From: a virus
Lineage: Duplodnaviria > Caudoviricetes
DNA length: 38,790 nt
Virus record (IMG/VR): IMGVR_UViG_3300049042_000212
Location: 1 to 38,790 of that record
Direction: 5' to 3' (one strand)
Part shown: positions 16,965-26,159 of the stretch, piece by piece
Layout of the letters: each line of letters opens with the position of its first letter
Position numbering within the stretch: position 1 is the first letter of the stretch
Translations under genes and position numbers: made by a program
Notes under the pieces: generated by a model
What the model saw: only the letters and a program-made list of their open reading frames with translations
Databases searched by the model: none
What the model was told of the DNA's origin: nothing

Positions 16965-18188
16965 GTCTTCTGCGCCCATCTTGCAGATGTAGTCTGATAC
17001 GTCTTCGCCGTTAAGTTTGCAGATGAACGGCTTGTTAGTCGTTTCGCAGTGCGACTTGTACCTGTCCACGATGACCTGACAATACTTAGGACTAAGTTCT
17101 AGCCCAAAGCAGCGCCGGTTAAGCTGGTCTGCTGCTATCAAAGTCGTGCCGCTACCAAGAAAGCAATCGTAGACAATTTCCCCTGGAATTGATCCATCCC
17201 TGATTGCCTGTCCCCACAGAGGAATCGGCTTCATTGTAGGATGTTCCCTGTTTGCTTTTGGTCTGTCATAGCTCCAGACGGTTGTGCGCGTTCGGTCCGA
17301 ATTCTTGTGTCGCTTGCCTTCCTTCCATCCAAACAGTATCGGCTCATGTTGATAGTGGTACTCGCTGTGTCCTAAGACCAATGAGTCTTTCACCCAAACC
17401 ATAATTTGGCGTAGGATTCCTCGCTTTTTCCAATCCTCCGCAAATAAAATGTGTAATGGACCTGCAGGGACGGTCGCATACCAATAACCTCCAGGTCGAC
17501 ATATCTGATCTGCGCGATCGAAGGCTTTAAGCACCAACTGAGCAAGTTCATTCTCTTCTAAGTCATCATTTTCGATTGTCAGTGCATCAGATGTTCCACC
17601 GACGTACGAAACTCCATAGGGAGGATCGGTTAGCACCATATCGACAAGGCTTGTTCCGACTAACTTGGAGACATCTACTTCTGACGTTGAGTCACCACAA
17701 AGCAATCTGTGGTTCCCTAGCTCGAGTAGGTCACCTTTCTTAATAATGGTCTCCTTTTCTGGATTCGGCGTGAAATTGTCCTCTTCGACAGCTTCGTCTT
17801 CCTTAAACATTTGCTGAAGTTCGTCGAGCCCCCAGGACGACAGGTCGAAGTCCTCCTCTGCAAGCGCCTCAAGCTCGACTTCGAGCGACTCAAAGTTCCA
17901 GGTCGAATCGTTCTGTAGCTTGTTGTCGAGTATCCGATATGCCTTCTTCTGTGACTCTGTCAGCTCTGTCTTTCTAACGACCGGAACTTCCTTCAGTCCG
18001 AGCTTCTTCGCAGCCTCAAGACGCCCATGTCCGACCAGGACGACGCTATTCTCGTCGACGACTATCGGTTGATTGAATCCGAACTGCGCGATGCTGTTGG
18101 CGATGCGGTCGACTTGCTACTGACCGTGATCCCGAGCGTTTAGCGCGTAGGGAATAAGCGACTCCGTCTTCGCCTGTGTGATTTCCAT
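16956..18188 (-). pseudogene. ParB-like domain fused to a beta-class N6/N4 DNA methyltransferase, interrupted by in-frame TAG at 18117-18119
   Basis: Frame reads MEITQAKTESLIPYALNARDHGQ*QVDRIANSIAQFGFNQPIVVDENSVVLVGHGRLEAA.. and continues into ORF 16956..17810, which has DPPY and DCFLGSGTT motifs. Confidence 0.8.
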
Positions 18189-18213
18189 TCTTTCCACTCC
18201 GTTCGAGACGCGC

Positions 18214-18567
18214 TCAGTGTCGCGCCTCTTCTCTTTCCTGAGTCTGAGCGACGCTCTTGTCGGCAAATCCGACGTTGAGGATCGACTTTGCGCCCGTCAG
18301 CCACATGATGATCGCAGCCAGAACCGCGCACATCGTCTTCAGAACTCCGTTGTAGACCTTCGAGACCGAGAGCAGCGCTGAGACTGGGACGTGTTCGCTC
18401 TTTGTTGCCGCTGAGACCAGCTCGACTCGCAGCTTTGAAAGCTCAGATAGAATCTGCGGAAGAACCGCTGCGCTCTTTGCCGATTCGTCGAGGAGCATCT
18501 CTGCCCGCTCAAGTCGCGTTCCCAGCCTCGAAAGTGTCTCCCGTATTCGCAATCTGTCCGCTTCCAT
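18214..18567 (-). CDS. Coiled-coil protein with C-terminal transmembrane helix (lysis accessory/holin-like)
   Basis: TGATG coupling to the upstream gene; TM segment MCAVLAAIIMWLTG. Confidence 0.55.
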   Translation of the reverse strand: MEADRLRIRETLSRLGTRLERAEMLLDESAKSAAVLPQILSELSKLRVELVSAATKSEHVPVSALLSVSKVYNGVLKTMCAVLAAIIMWLTGAKSILNVGFADKSVAQTQEREEARH

Positions 18568-19403
18568 CACTTCAGAACTTCCCGAATCTTGCCAAAGGTT
18601 TGACGACATCTGCGGAGCGAAGGAGCGACGAAAGCCTTCTCCTCTTCGTTCCGACAGTTGTCAGCCGGAGCCCAGAGCAGCGAGTCTCGACAGCCCTCTG
18701 TCTCCTTCAACCATTTTCGCATGAGTTCCACAGACAGAATAGACCCGTCCAGGTTTGCGATCACGTCCCCGCGAGACCCGCAGTCGATATCGGAGCCGTG
18801 AAGCTCGACGAAGGTCGCTCGCGAAGGTCGCTCCGAGTTGTGGAAGAGAGGATTCCAGACCAGCTCGACGTCGGGAGCCACTTCCTGCACCCAGCTCGCG
18901 ACGGTATCCCACTGAAGGGAAGAGAGACTCGTCTCAAGTAAAGGATTGATCAGCATCCGACGTCCTTCGAGCCTGCTCTGCACTCCGACATAAGCAGCCC
19001 GAGCTTCTCTCTGCACGAGAGCCTTGAGCCGACTGTCGCCTCTCTGAGCCGCCCTCCGTAGACTTTTGATCGTGTATCCAAAGAGCGCGTCCCTCGGTTC
19101 GCAGACCCCGTTCCTGACGCAAGTCTCGTTCAGGAGCGCTACGAGTACCGTGTCGACCGGAGAACGCTCGACGACAAATGTCAGGTTCTTGAGCCTGCGC
19201 CTCGGTACGTCCCACAGAATCGCCGCTGTGTGACTTTTCGCCGGAGCCGACTCCAGATACCCCCTGACGTCGAATCGAGCCGTCAGCAGGAAGAGAGGAG
19301 CCCTACCGACCCTTTCGGACTCCTGCCCGATGCCCCAAGCGACAGAAAGCAGGATCGCGCTCCAAGACAGAAGAGAGAAGAGCCCAGCGACTAGCCACGG
19401 CAT
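18567..19403 (-). CDS. Exported/membrane-anchored hypothetical protein in the lysis cassette
   Basis: N-terminal hydrophobic signal; several Cys; overlaps the end of the endolysin. Confidence 0.7.
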   Translation of the reverse strand: MPWLVAGLFSLLSWSAILLSVAWGIGQESERVGRAPLFLLTARFDVRGYLESAPAKSHTAAILWDVPRRRLKNLTFVVERSPVDTVLVALLNETCVRNGVCEPRDALFGYTIKSLRRAAQRGDSRLKALVQREARAAYVGVQSRLEGRRMLINPLLETSLSSLQWDTVASWVQEVAPDVELVWNPLFHNSERPSRATFVELHGSDIDCGSRGDVIANLDGSILSVELMRKWLKETEGCRDSLLWAPADNCRNEEEKAFVAPSLRRCRQTFGKIREVLK

Positions 19404-19948
19404 TTCTTGACTAGCTCCGTCGCCGCCCCCAGTCGCTTAAAGACGCGGTCTGGATACTCCAGGTCGCCGCCGCCGTTGTAGCGAAGGAGCGTCTTCTTGA
19501 CCAGCTCTCCAGCCGGAAGCCCCTTCTGCGTCTTCTGTATGCCGTCCCTGTATCCCGCGTAGATGCGAGCCCCGAGCTTGAGGTTTGTCTCGACGTCGAG
19601 GAGTTCCCACATCTGCTGACCTCGAAAGCCGTGTTCGACTGCCACGACGCCCATGATCTGACACAAGCCCCAGGAGTAAGCGAGCGAGATGCGGAGGAGC
19701 TGCTCTTCGTAGTTGTCTAAGCTGCGATGATGCGGGACGAGAGTTTCAAGCGGTCTCTGTGAGATGTATCGAATATAGAAGCGCCTCTCCCAGCGAGTCG
19801 CAAACGGGTTTCCGCTCGACTCGTTGAGGATCAGAGCGACGAAAAGCTCGCGCTGAATATCATGCTCCTCTGCTACTCTGACAGCAGTCTCGACCCAGGA
19901 GTGATCGCCTGCTTTCGGCTTTTGTTTTTTTAGGAAGTCGAAGACCAA
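19391..19948 (-). CDS. Endolysin, SLT-type lytic transglycosylase
   Basis: ILNESSGNP (catalytic Glu), SWGLCQIM, RYNGG motifs; GGAG RBS before TTG. Confidence 0.88.
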   Translation of the reverse strand: MVFDFLKKQKPKAGDHSWVETAVRVAEEHDIQRELFVALILNESSGNPFATRWERRFYIRYISQRPLETLVPHHRSLDNYEEQLLRISLAYSWGLCQIMGVVAVEHGFRGQQMWELLDVETNLKLGARIYAGYRDGIQKTQKGLPAGELVKKTLLRYNGGGDLEYPDRVFKRLGAATELVKKCRG

Positions 19949-20006
19949 TTTGAACTCCGTCGGAAAGAGAACTCTCTTTCATAGTGACGGAAGTCGTTCA
20001 CTCCGA

Positions 20007-20018
20007 CGATACCCGCAG
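20007..20018 (-). promoter_or_regulatory. Putative late-promoter motif copy (CTGCGGGTATCG) upstream of the endolysin
   Basis: 20005-20018 is identical over 14 bp to 34230-34243. Confidence 0.65.
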
Positions 20019-20021
20019 CGC

Positions 20022-21077
20022 TTAGAAGCTGATGATGTAGTTTACGACCTGGAAGGGAGGATTTGCGCCTAGCGTATTGAAGCCCGCGTCGCCGTCTCTT
20101 CCGCTTGCAGTCGCCCCGACTAAGCCTGAGACGTCGGCGTTTGTGTGCGAGTGCTGTCCTCTTGTTGCCGACGCAGAATCTGAAGTGTTGCCAGTGTGAC
20201 CCGCGACCGTAATTGAATGGTCGTGAGTTGGATCTTCAAGTAGAACGGTGTGAGCGTGATTGCCATTGTTAAGCCAGACGTTCGCACCGCCTCCGAGTGT
20301 TTGGCCGTTAGTATCGCCAGTTGACCATCCAGTCCCCGAAGCCGCGGTCTGCCGCGCCTTTGCGAACTTATTATTGGAATTGCCAGTGTTTCTTCCATCG
20401 CCCGCAGTTGTTGTGCCATGCCCTTCGATAATATGCGCATGACCACCGTCGGAAAGTGTGACATTTGAGAGTGCGGTGACATCATAGGTTGCGCCACTCT
20501 TCGCCCTGACACCGGTCGCGACTTTGTTCATGGTTGCTGTATGCCCATGATTTATGCTGACCGTTGTGGTGTGTATTCCACTGTCAGCGATGGCAATCGT
20601 TCCTTTGCCGTGGAAGTGACTCTGCACGTTGTGAACGTGATCGAGAGAGCCGCCGGTCGTTCCCATTGTCGAGCCGGTTCCTGCTGTAGCTTTGCCGAGC
20701 GGAAAGCGCCCTCTCAAGTCTGGAAGGTTGAACGTCGTCGAGTTGTCCCCGACTCCGTAGGTCGTCCCGATAGCGCTGAATAGATCCGCATAAGTTGTCC
20801 GACTGACTGCCGCTCCGTCACAGAGAAGATGACCTCTCGGAGCTGTCCCACCTCCGAACGCCTTGATAATTCCAGCCGGTTCGACGCGCATCTCGACCCA
20901 AGCTGTCCCCGACCACTCCTCAAAGACTCGGTTCGTTCGGTTGTAGCGAAGAAAGCCCGCTGTGAGATTAGTGTCGCCCGTGAAGTCCATCTTCGCGATA
21001 GAAGCATCGCGGTCGCGCAAAATCCCGAGGACGTTTGCGACGAGTGTCGTGTTTACTGGAAGAGTGAAGTCCGTCAT
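20022..21077 (-). CDS. Tail fibre with collar domain and HxH needle motifs
   Basis: PAGIIKAF..LLCDGAAVSRTTYADLF..FNLPDLRGRFP collar; multiple HxH; C-terminal PPFQVVNYII. Confidence 0.9.
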   Translation of the reverse strand: MTDFTLPVNTTLVANVLGILRDRDASIAKMDFTGDTNLTAGFLRYNRTNRVFEEWSGTAWVEMRVEPAGIIKAFGGGTAPRGHLLCDGAAVSRTTYADLFSAIGTTYGVGDNSTTFNLPDLRGRFPLGKATAGTGSTMGTTGGSLDHVHNVQSHFHGKGTIAIADSGIHTTTVSINHGHTATMNKVATGVRAKSGATYDVTALSNVTLSDGGHAHIIEGHGTTTAGDGRNTGNSNNKFAKARQTAASGTGWSTGDTNGQTLGGGANVWLNNGNHAHTVLLEDPTHDHSITVAGHTGNTSDSASATRGQHSHTNADVSGLVGATASGRDGDAGFNTLGANPPFQVVNYIISF

Positions 21078-24000
21078 GCTAAATACCCGCGCAAAGTATA
21101 ACCGAATGAAATACTAGGAACCAAGACCCCTGTGTCCGCTCTGTAGGTGTAGACTGTGAAGCTCGTCGGATTTGCTGCGTCGACGAAGTCATAGACCGCG
21201 ATGATCGGATAGCTCGCGCTGTATTTTGGCGTGACTGTGATGCTGATCACGTCTGCGAACTGTCCCGTGATGTCGACGAAAGCCTTTCCGAGATTAATCT
21301 TCCAAGCTCCAGCCGTTACCGCGACAAGCGCTCCCGCTGCGAGAGTGAGACCAGTCGTCGATTGTACGCTCGCCACTGTGCCGACGAGCGCTCCTGCTGC
21401 GTTGTGGATTCGTTCTCCGACGAGTGCCGCTGTGAAGTTCGTTCCGACTCCAGTGACAGCGGTTCCGCTGAGCGCGACCGTGATCGTTCCGGCTTGTGTG
21501 TCTCCAGCTCCGGTCGTTCCAGTCCCCGAGAAAGTCCCCTCTTTGACGTTAAGACTGACGACTGGATTGCTGAGCGTCGCAAGTCCTTTGTCGTTCGTTG
21601 CAGTAGCAGTCCACTTTGCTTTGACGTATCGAACGCTCGTCGCGTAGACGCGAGTCTGCCCTGCTGTGTGTGTTGTGTAAGTTGTCCCGTTTAGACTCGT
21701 GAAAATCTGCGGAACCACGCCGACAGTTCCAGAGAGCGTCGCTGTGACGAAAGTCAGGTCGACAATCGTCGAGCTGTTGATCACTGCTCCGAAATCATGC
21801 ACAAGCTCGATGCTTCCGCTTAAGTCGTTAGGAACGATCAGATACAGATAGCCCGCGTCGATTTGAGCTTGAACGGTCGTCCAGCTTCTTAGGTTGAAAT
21901 GCTGATCCCAGGTCTCATTTGAGACAGGAAAGACAGCCTCTTGAGCGCTGACAGTGCTTGCGTCCGAGTATGTTGGGTTGTCGGTGAGAAAGTTCCACTC
22001 CTTCTTTCCGAAGAACTCATAGTCGGGAGGTTCGTCGACTGTTGCAGTTATACTCGCGGGATTTGATACGTTTCCAGCGCTGTCGACGGTTTCGAGCCAG
22101 TAGGTGTACACCCCCGCATTGAACTCAAAACGAGCAGCGAAAGTCCCAAAGACAGACCCCAGAAAAGAACTCGTCGCATAGGTAGCCCCCACCCTCAAGT
22201 CGTACCGCCTGATCGGAAGACTCGATACAGCAGGAGCAGTCCAACGGAGCAGGACATTATTGTCGATCACTTCAGCGAAGAAAGACTGAGGAGGATTTGG
22301 CGCGAGGATGTTGACTGTGCGCTGTCCAGCGTTGCCAAGGTTGCCCGCGACGTCGACAGCCTGCACCCAGAAGATACGCTCTCCGAGCCAGTTGACCTCG
22401 ACGGAATAGTTCAGAGCTTTCACCTGCGCGACTGTGACTGCGCTTGCGAGCGTTGCCCCGTATTTGATGACGTAAGAGTCGATAGCGAAAGCTCCTGTCG
22501 ATGGTGTCCAGCTTAGAACGACCGATTCTCCCGAGAGCTGCGAGCTGACGACAGGAGCCCCAGGAGCAGGAATCGAGAAGTTGACTGATTTTGCTGTCAG
22601 AGAGTAGTTGCCCGACGTGTCGACAGCCTTCAGGAGCGCTTGATACGCGCCCGCCGTTCGCAGGTTCAGAGTGTAAGTCGTAGCCGACACCCGAGCGAGA
22701 GCCGTCGCAGTATCCCAGTCTGAGCCGAGCCGCAGCTCGTAGTCTCTGACGTCCAGGTCTGGAACTTTTGACCACTCGAACTGAATCCCAAAGTCCTGAA
22801 GATACGCGATGAAAGTCGTCGGTGTTGTCGGAGGGACGCTCTTTCCTAAGACTCGATGATTCAGCGCTTCGATGTAGTCGCTCGGAACGAGAAGAGAGTT
22901 TACCGCTCGAACTCGAACGTCATAGAGAGAGCCGTCTTGAACGTCCAGAATGTAGGTCTCGCTCTGCTCTCCGTCGACTGGTGTGACGCTGAGCCAGGTC
23001 GAAGAGCTGCTGAGCTTGTATTGTATCTCGTAGCGACCGCCCTGCTCGACGTAGATGTCCCGCGAAAGCGTCCAGCTCGCTTTCAGTCGCGAGAAGACCG
23101 TCCCGTCGTTCCTGATGTATAGCTCCGAAGTTCCGCTCGCTAGCGTGAGCCCTGTCGGAGCTGTCACATTAAAGGGACTCGGTAGGTTCGTGTCAGGAGC
23201 GAGGTCTCTCTGAGTCTCCTCCGCGCTCCAAGTATAGATCCCCGCTGCGGTCTCGCGCAGCTTGAGAGCGATGCGGAAGCCCTGCTCCGGAGAGTCTCCG
23301 AGGATGACGTCTCGAACTTCAAAGACTTTATTCACCCAGCCGAAGCGAGCATAGGACAGCGTGATCGTGTCGCAGACTGTGAGCTTTAGAGCCTCGACAC
23401 CGACGACGATGTCGACCTCGATTCCCTGTCGGACTCTCTCAAGCTCGATTTTTGCGATTCGCTGTGCCTGAGCGCTTGAAGTTACGAAGGGTTGAGGAAT
23501 GTCTTCGAAGATGACCTGTCCGTCGAGCGTCGCATAGTAGTTGTTTTTGACTGGTGAATAGTCGGCTTCGAGGTATTTGTCCGCAGCGTTGACGAAGGTT
23601 CCTCTGACTGCGTTGAAGCGCTCTCTTCGCGGAACCGCTGTCGTGATTTTGATTTCGTCTCGAAGGTTGCTTTCGCTGAGCGCCATGACAGGAGCGCGAT
23701 ACTTGCCAGGATAGCAGAACCACTCGCCGCCCTGGTAGACAAGGTCTCCCGCCATAGCCTGAAGCATCTCTTCGATTGTGCTTTCGATGGAAGCTCCGGT
23801 CGAGAATGTCCCGTTTATGGAGTAGCGAGGTTCCGTCCCTCCTCCCGCAAGCGTGACCGTCTCGTCGCAGACATTCGCCGCTTCAGCCCAGTTTGTCGCG
23901 TTAAGATTCGCCCGAGCGATTCCAGCTCCGAGCTTCGCGTCGCAGAGAAAGTCTGCAAGGATCAAAGCTGCGTTGCTCGTGAACTTCGTCAGCCCGTCGC

Positions 24001-24949
24001 GGAAGTCGTAGACTTTTTTTCCGCGAACTAAGAACTCCACCTCCGGCATCCCGTTCGGAAAGACTCCTGCATTGAAAATCGTGTAAAGATATACACCCGC
24101 GCAGCCCTGTTGTCGGTGACTTTCGCCCCACTGCCCCGCGCCCACTTGAGCCGATAGATCCTGCTGATAAGTCTGCCCGTCAGAGCCGAGCTGCGCCGCC
24201 ATAAAGACCAGGGACTCGAACTGACCATTTGAGAGCTTTCTGCGATGAAAACCGATGCTCTTTCGAGTATCGCCGGTCGTAGAAAAGATGACCTCTCTGT
24301 CGTCGAGATAGAGCTTGTCGACAGAATTGATTTCGTGAGCTGCCAGCGTGATATATTGATGCAGGAAACGCCCTCCTCCCTCTTGAAGAAAAGTCTCTGC
24401 GACTGGTGCCGCAAAGTCGACGCCGGTTCCCTCTCCGCTGTGTACTCTGTCAAGGAGCGCCATCGCCGCTGCGCTTGCCCTGACTGCATTGATCACTGCG
24501 TTCGCTGTGCTGCGACTTGCTCCGCTCTGAAATCTCATATGCACCGTGATCGCCTTGTCGACCACTTCGACGTATGTCGTGTTGTTTGTGCTAGTGAGTG
24601 AGAGCGTGACGCTGATCAGGTTGCCACCGTCTCCCAATTCTTTCGCTATCCACACGATCTGAGAATTGCCGTCTCCTGTTCGCAGATATGCGCGAGAGTC
24701 ATCGCTTGTCGAAAGGTAGGTGAAGACGCCTCCGACTCGCATCGTTCCATAAATCGAGATGCCGTCTGCTGTCGTCTCGCGGAAGCTGACTTGCTTTCCT
24801 CTGACCTTTGTCTCTTTCTTCTGATTGTTGCCGGTCTTCGGCTTGCTCTTTCCTCGACTTGATCTGACCTGCGTTCGCTTGCCGGAATAGGTGAGCTTTC
24901 CGGTTGCGGTTCGATAGATGCCAGGACTGACGCGAGTGAGCTTGCTCAT
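21074..24949 (-). CDS. Tail tip/central fibre protein (lambda J-like, FN3 repeats)
   Basis: IYGTMRVGG, VRGKKVYD, RFNAVRGTF and AQRIAKIEL motifs; several FN3-like repeats (YDVRVRAVN, LKAVDTSGN, VQAVDVAGN, ETVDSAGN). Confidence 0.88.
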   Translation of the reverse strand: MSKLTRVSPGIYRTATGKLTYSGKRTQVRSSRGKSKPKTGNNQKKETKVRGKQVSFRETTADGISIYGTMRVGGVFTYLSTSDDSRAYLRTGDGNSQIVWIAKELGDGGNLISVTLSLTSTNNTTYVEVVDKAITVHMRFQSGASRSTANAVINAVRASAAAMALLDRVHSGEGTGVDFAAPVAETFLQEGGGRFLHQYITLAAHEINSVDKLYLDDREVIFSTTGDTRKSIGFHRRKLSNGQFESLVFMAAQLGSDGQTYQQDLSAQVGAGQWGESHRQQGCAGVYLYTIFNAGVFPNGMPEVEFLVRGKKVYDFRDGLTKFTSNAALILADFLCDAKLGAGIARANLNATNWAEAANVCDETVTLAGGGTEPRYSINGTFSTGASIESTIEEMLQAMAGDLVYQGGEWFCYPGKYRAPVMALSESNLRDEIKITTAVPRRERFNAVRGTFVNAADKYLEADYSPVKNNYYATLDGQVIFEDIPQPFVTSSAQAQRIAKIELERVRQGIEVDIVVGVEALKLTVCDTITLSYARFGWVNKVFEVRDVILGDSPEQGFRIALKLRETAAGIYTWSAEETQRDLAPDTNLPSPFNVTAPTGLTLASGTSELYIRNDGTVFSRLKASWTLSRDIYVEQGGRYEIQYKLSSSSTWLSVTPVDGEQSETYILDVQDGSLYDVRVRAVNSLLVPSDYIEALNHRVLGKSVPPTTPTTFIAYLQDFGIQFEWSKVPDLDVRDYELRLGSDWDTATALARVSATTYTLNLRTAGAYQALLKAVDTSGNYSLTAKSVNFSIPAPGAPVVSSQLSGESVVLSWTPSTGAFAIDSYVIKYGATLASAVTVAQVKALNYSVEVNWLGERIFWVQAVDVAGNLGNAGQRTVNILAPNPPQSFFAEVIDNNVLLRWTAPAVSSLPIRRYDLRVGATYATSSFLGSVFGTFAARFEFNAGVYTYWLETVDSAGNVSNPASITATVDEPPDYEFFGKKEWNFLTDNPTYSDASTVSAQEAVFPVSNETWDQHFNLRSWTTVQAQIDAGYLYLIVPNDLSGSIELVHDFGAVINSSTIVDLTFVTATLSGTVGVVPQIFTSLNGTTYTTHTAGQTRVYATSVRYVKAKWTATATNDKGLATLSNPVVSLNVKEGTFSGTGTTGAGDTQAGTITVALSGTAVTGVGTNFTAALVGERIHNAAGALVGTVASVQSTTGLTLAAGALVAVTAGAWKINLGKAFVDITGQFADVISITVTPKYSASYPIIAVYDFVDAANPTSFTVYTYRADTGVLVPSISFGYTLRGYLA

Positions 24950-25557
24950 GATTTCTTTGTCTGTTTCTTCTTTCTAAGCCAGGAAGGACGCTCGCTTTTG
25001 CCCCAGAAGCCCGACCAGCTTTCAAGCTGCGGTACGTATTGAAAGCCCAAGTCTCCAGGGAAGAGGACGCTCTGACTCTCTGTCGTGAATCGAAAGTTCT
25101 GCGACGTGTCGAACTTTGCAAGGTCGTTCTCAAGGTTGATCACGACTGAAGGTTCTTCGAGCTTGTCCTCGATTTCGCAGGAGTCGATCAGTCCTTTGTA
25201 GATCAGGACAGGAGCGCCAACGATAGCAGGAGTCGCAGCATCGGAAAGCGCAGCAATCCAAAGAGTTGCCGGTTCCCCCCTGTTGGGGTTGTTGAGGATG
25301 ACCGAGAGCGTCGTCACATCGACCGAGGAAAGCGAGAGCTGAAAGCCCAAGTTCCCCGTGTCTGTCGTCTCTTCCACTCCGTCGAGAGGGAGAAGCCAGG
25401 AGTTCCCGACGTAAGTGTTCCCGCTCCAGACCACATTTCGCGCAGCGCTCGTCAGCCGTACCGTCTGCCCCGCAAGCGTTAAGTCTGCGAGAAGAACGAG
25501 CTTGACGACCGCGTCGTCGAGAAGGTTTGCTGTTGATGCGTTGATCGGTCTTGTCAT
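24946..25557 (-). CDS. Baseplate hub/minor tail protein
   Basis: WSGNTYVG..DGVEET..FPGDLGFQYV pattern; located between Dit and tip. Confidence 0.75.
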   Translation of the reverse strand: MTRPINASTANLLDDAVVKLVLLADLTLAGQTVRLTSAARNVVWSGNTYVGNSWLLPLDGVEETTDTGNLGFQLSLSSVDVTTLSVILNNPNRGEPATLWIAALSDAATPAIVGAPVLIYKGLIDSCEIEDKLEEPSVVINLENDLAKFDTSQNFRFTTESQSVLFPGDLGFQYVPQLESWSGFWGKSERPSWLRKKKQTKKS

Positions 25558-26159
25558 GCCTCTTCTGCCTCAAAGTTGATGTTCAGAAGCCCCGACTCTC
25601 CTGCGTCGATGAGAGGAACTGTGCTTGAATTGAGACGCCAGAGCCCCTTCGGATTTTCAAGAATCAGAGCCGAGTTGTCTGCGTGAGCTTTCACTCGTGG
25701 GAAGACGTCGATAGTCGCCTGACCCGAGCCGTTCGACGTGACTTGCTTCAAGCTCATATAGAGACGCAAGTCGATTTGAAAGAGGTCTCCAGCTTCCAAG
25801 ACGACCGTGTTCGCAGTCCAGCCGTCAGTGACAAGCTCGCGCCCCGTTTGATTTGCTCCGTTTACAAGAGGAACGCCAGTCCCCGCGCCGAGAGGAGTCC
25901 GAAAGAGAGCGGGACCGAAGAGGAAAGTTCCCACCCTCCCGCGAAGAGCTGAAAGGAAAGCGACCCAGGGTTGAGCCTCTTCTCGCGTGAGAGGATTGAC
26001 GCTGACCTTGAGTCCCCAGGTCTCCGCTTCGTAGTCGTAGACGGTCGTCTGCATTGTGTAGGGAGAAGTCGAGACAGCGACCACGTTGCCAGCGATAAGC
26101 TGAATAGAAGACTCTCGCGTCTCGCTCGCTGAAGGAATGGAAAGAGGATAGACGATCAC
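25554..26159 (-). CDS. Distal tail (Dit)-like protein
   Basis: SPYT..AFLSALRGRVGTF..PKGLWRL..FEAEEA; directly after the tape measure gene. Confidence 0.75.
   Translation of the reverse strand: MIVYPLSIPSASETRESSIQLIAGNVVAVSTSPYTMQTTVYDYEAETWGLKVSVNPLTREEAQPWVAFLSALRGRVGTFLFGPALFRTPLGAGTGVPLVNGANQTGRELVTDGWTANTVVLEAGDLFQIDLRLYMSLKQVTSNGSGQATIDVFPRVKAHADNSALILENPKGLWRLNSSTVPLIDAGESGLLNINFEAEEA

Noticed and set aside
18117-18119. Genome-wide TAG reassignment (genetic code 15)
   Set aside because: Major capsid (32801), major tail (30415), tail terminator (30837), protease (34479) and HNH (75) all end at TAG at plausible C-termini; only one internal TAG was found.
21081-21092. Additional late-motif copy (GCGCGGGTATTT); a similar partial match lies near 9358-9369
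   Set aside because: Weak matches lacking the CT start. The first is only ~4 nt from the next ATG, and the second is explained by the conserved GWAGIF coding sequence.
3495-24949. Diversity-generating retroelement or shufflon acting on the fibre genes
   Set aside because: No reverse transcriptase. The repeated 62-aa domains are diverged at all base types rather than only at adenines, and I saw no inverted cassettes.
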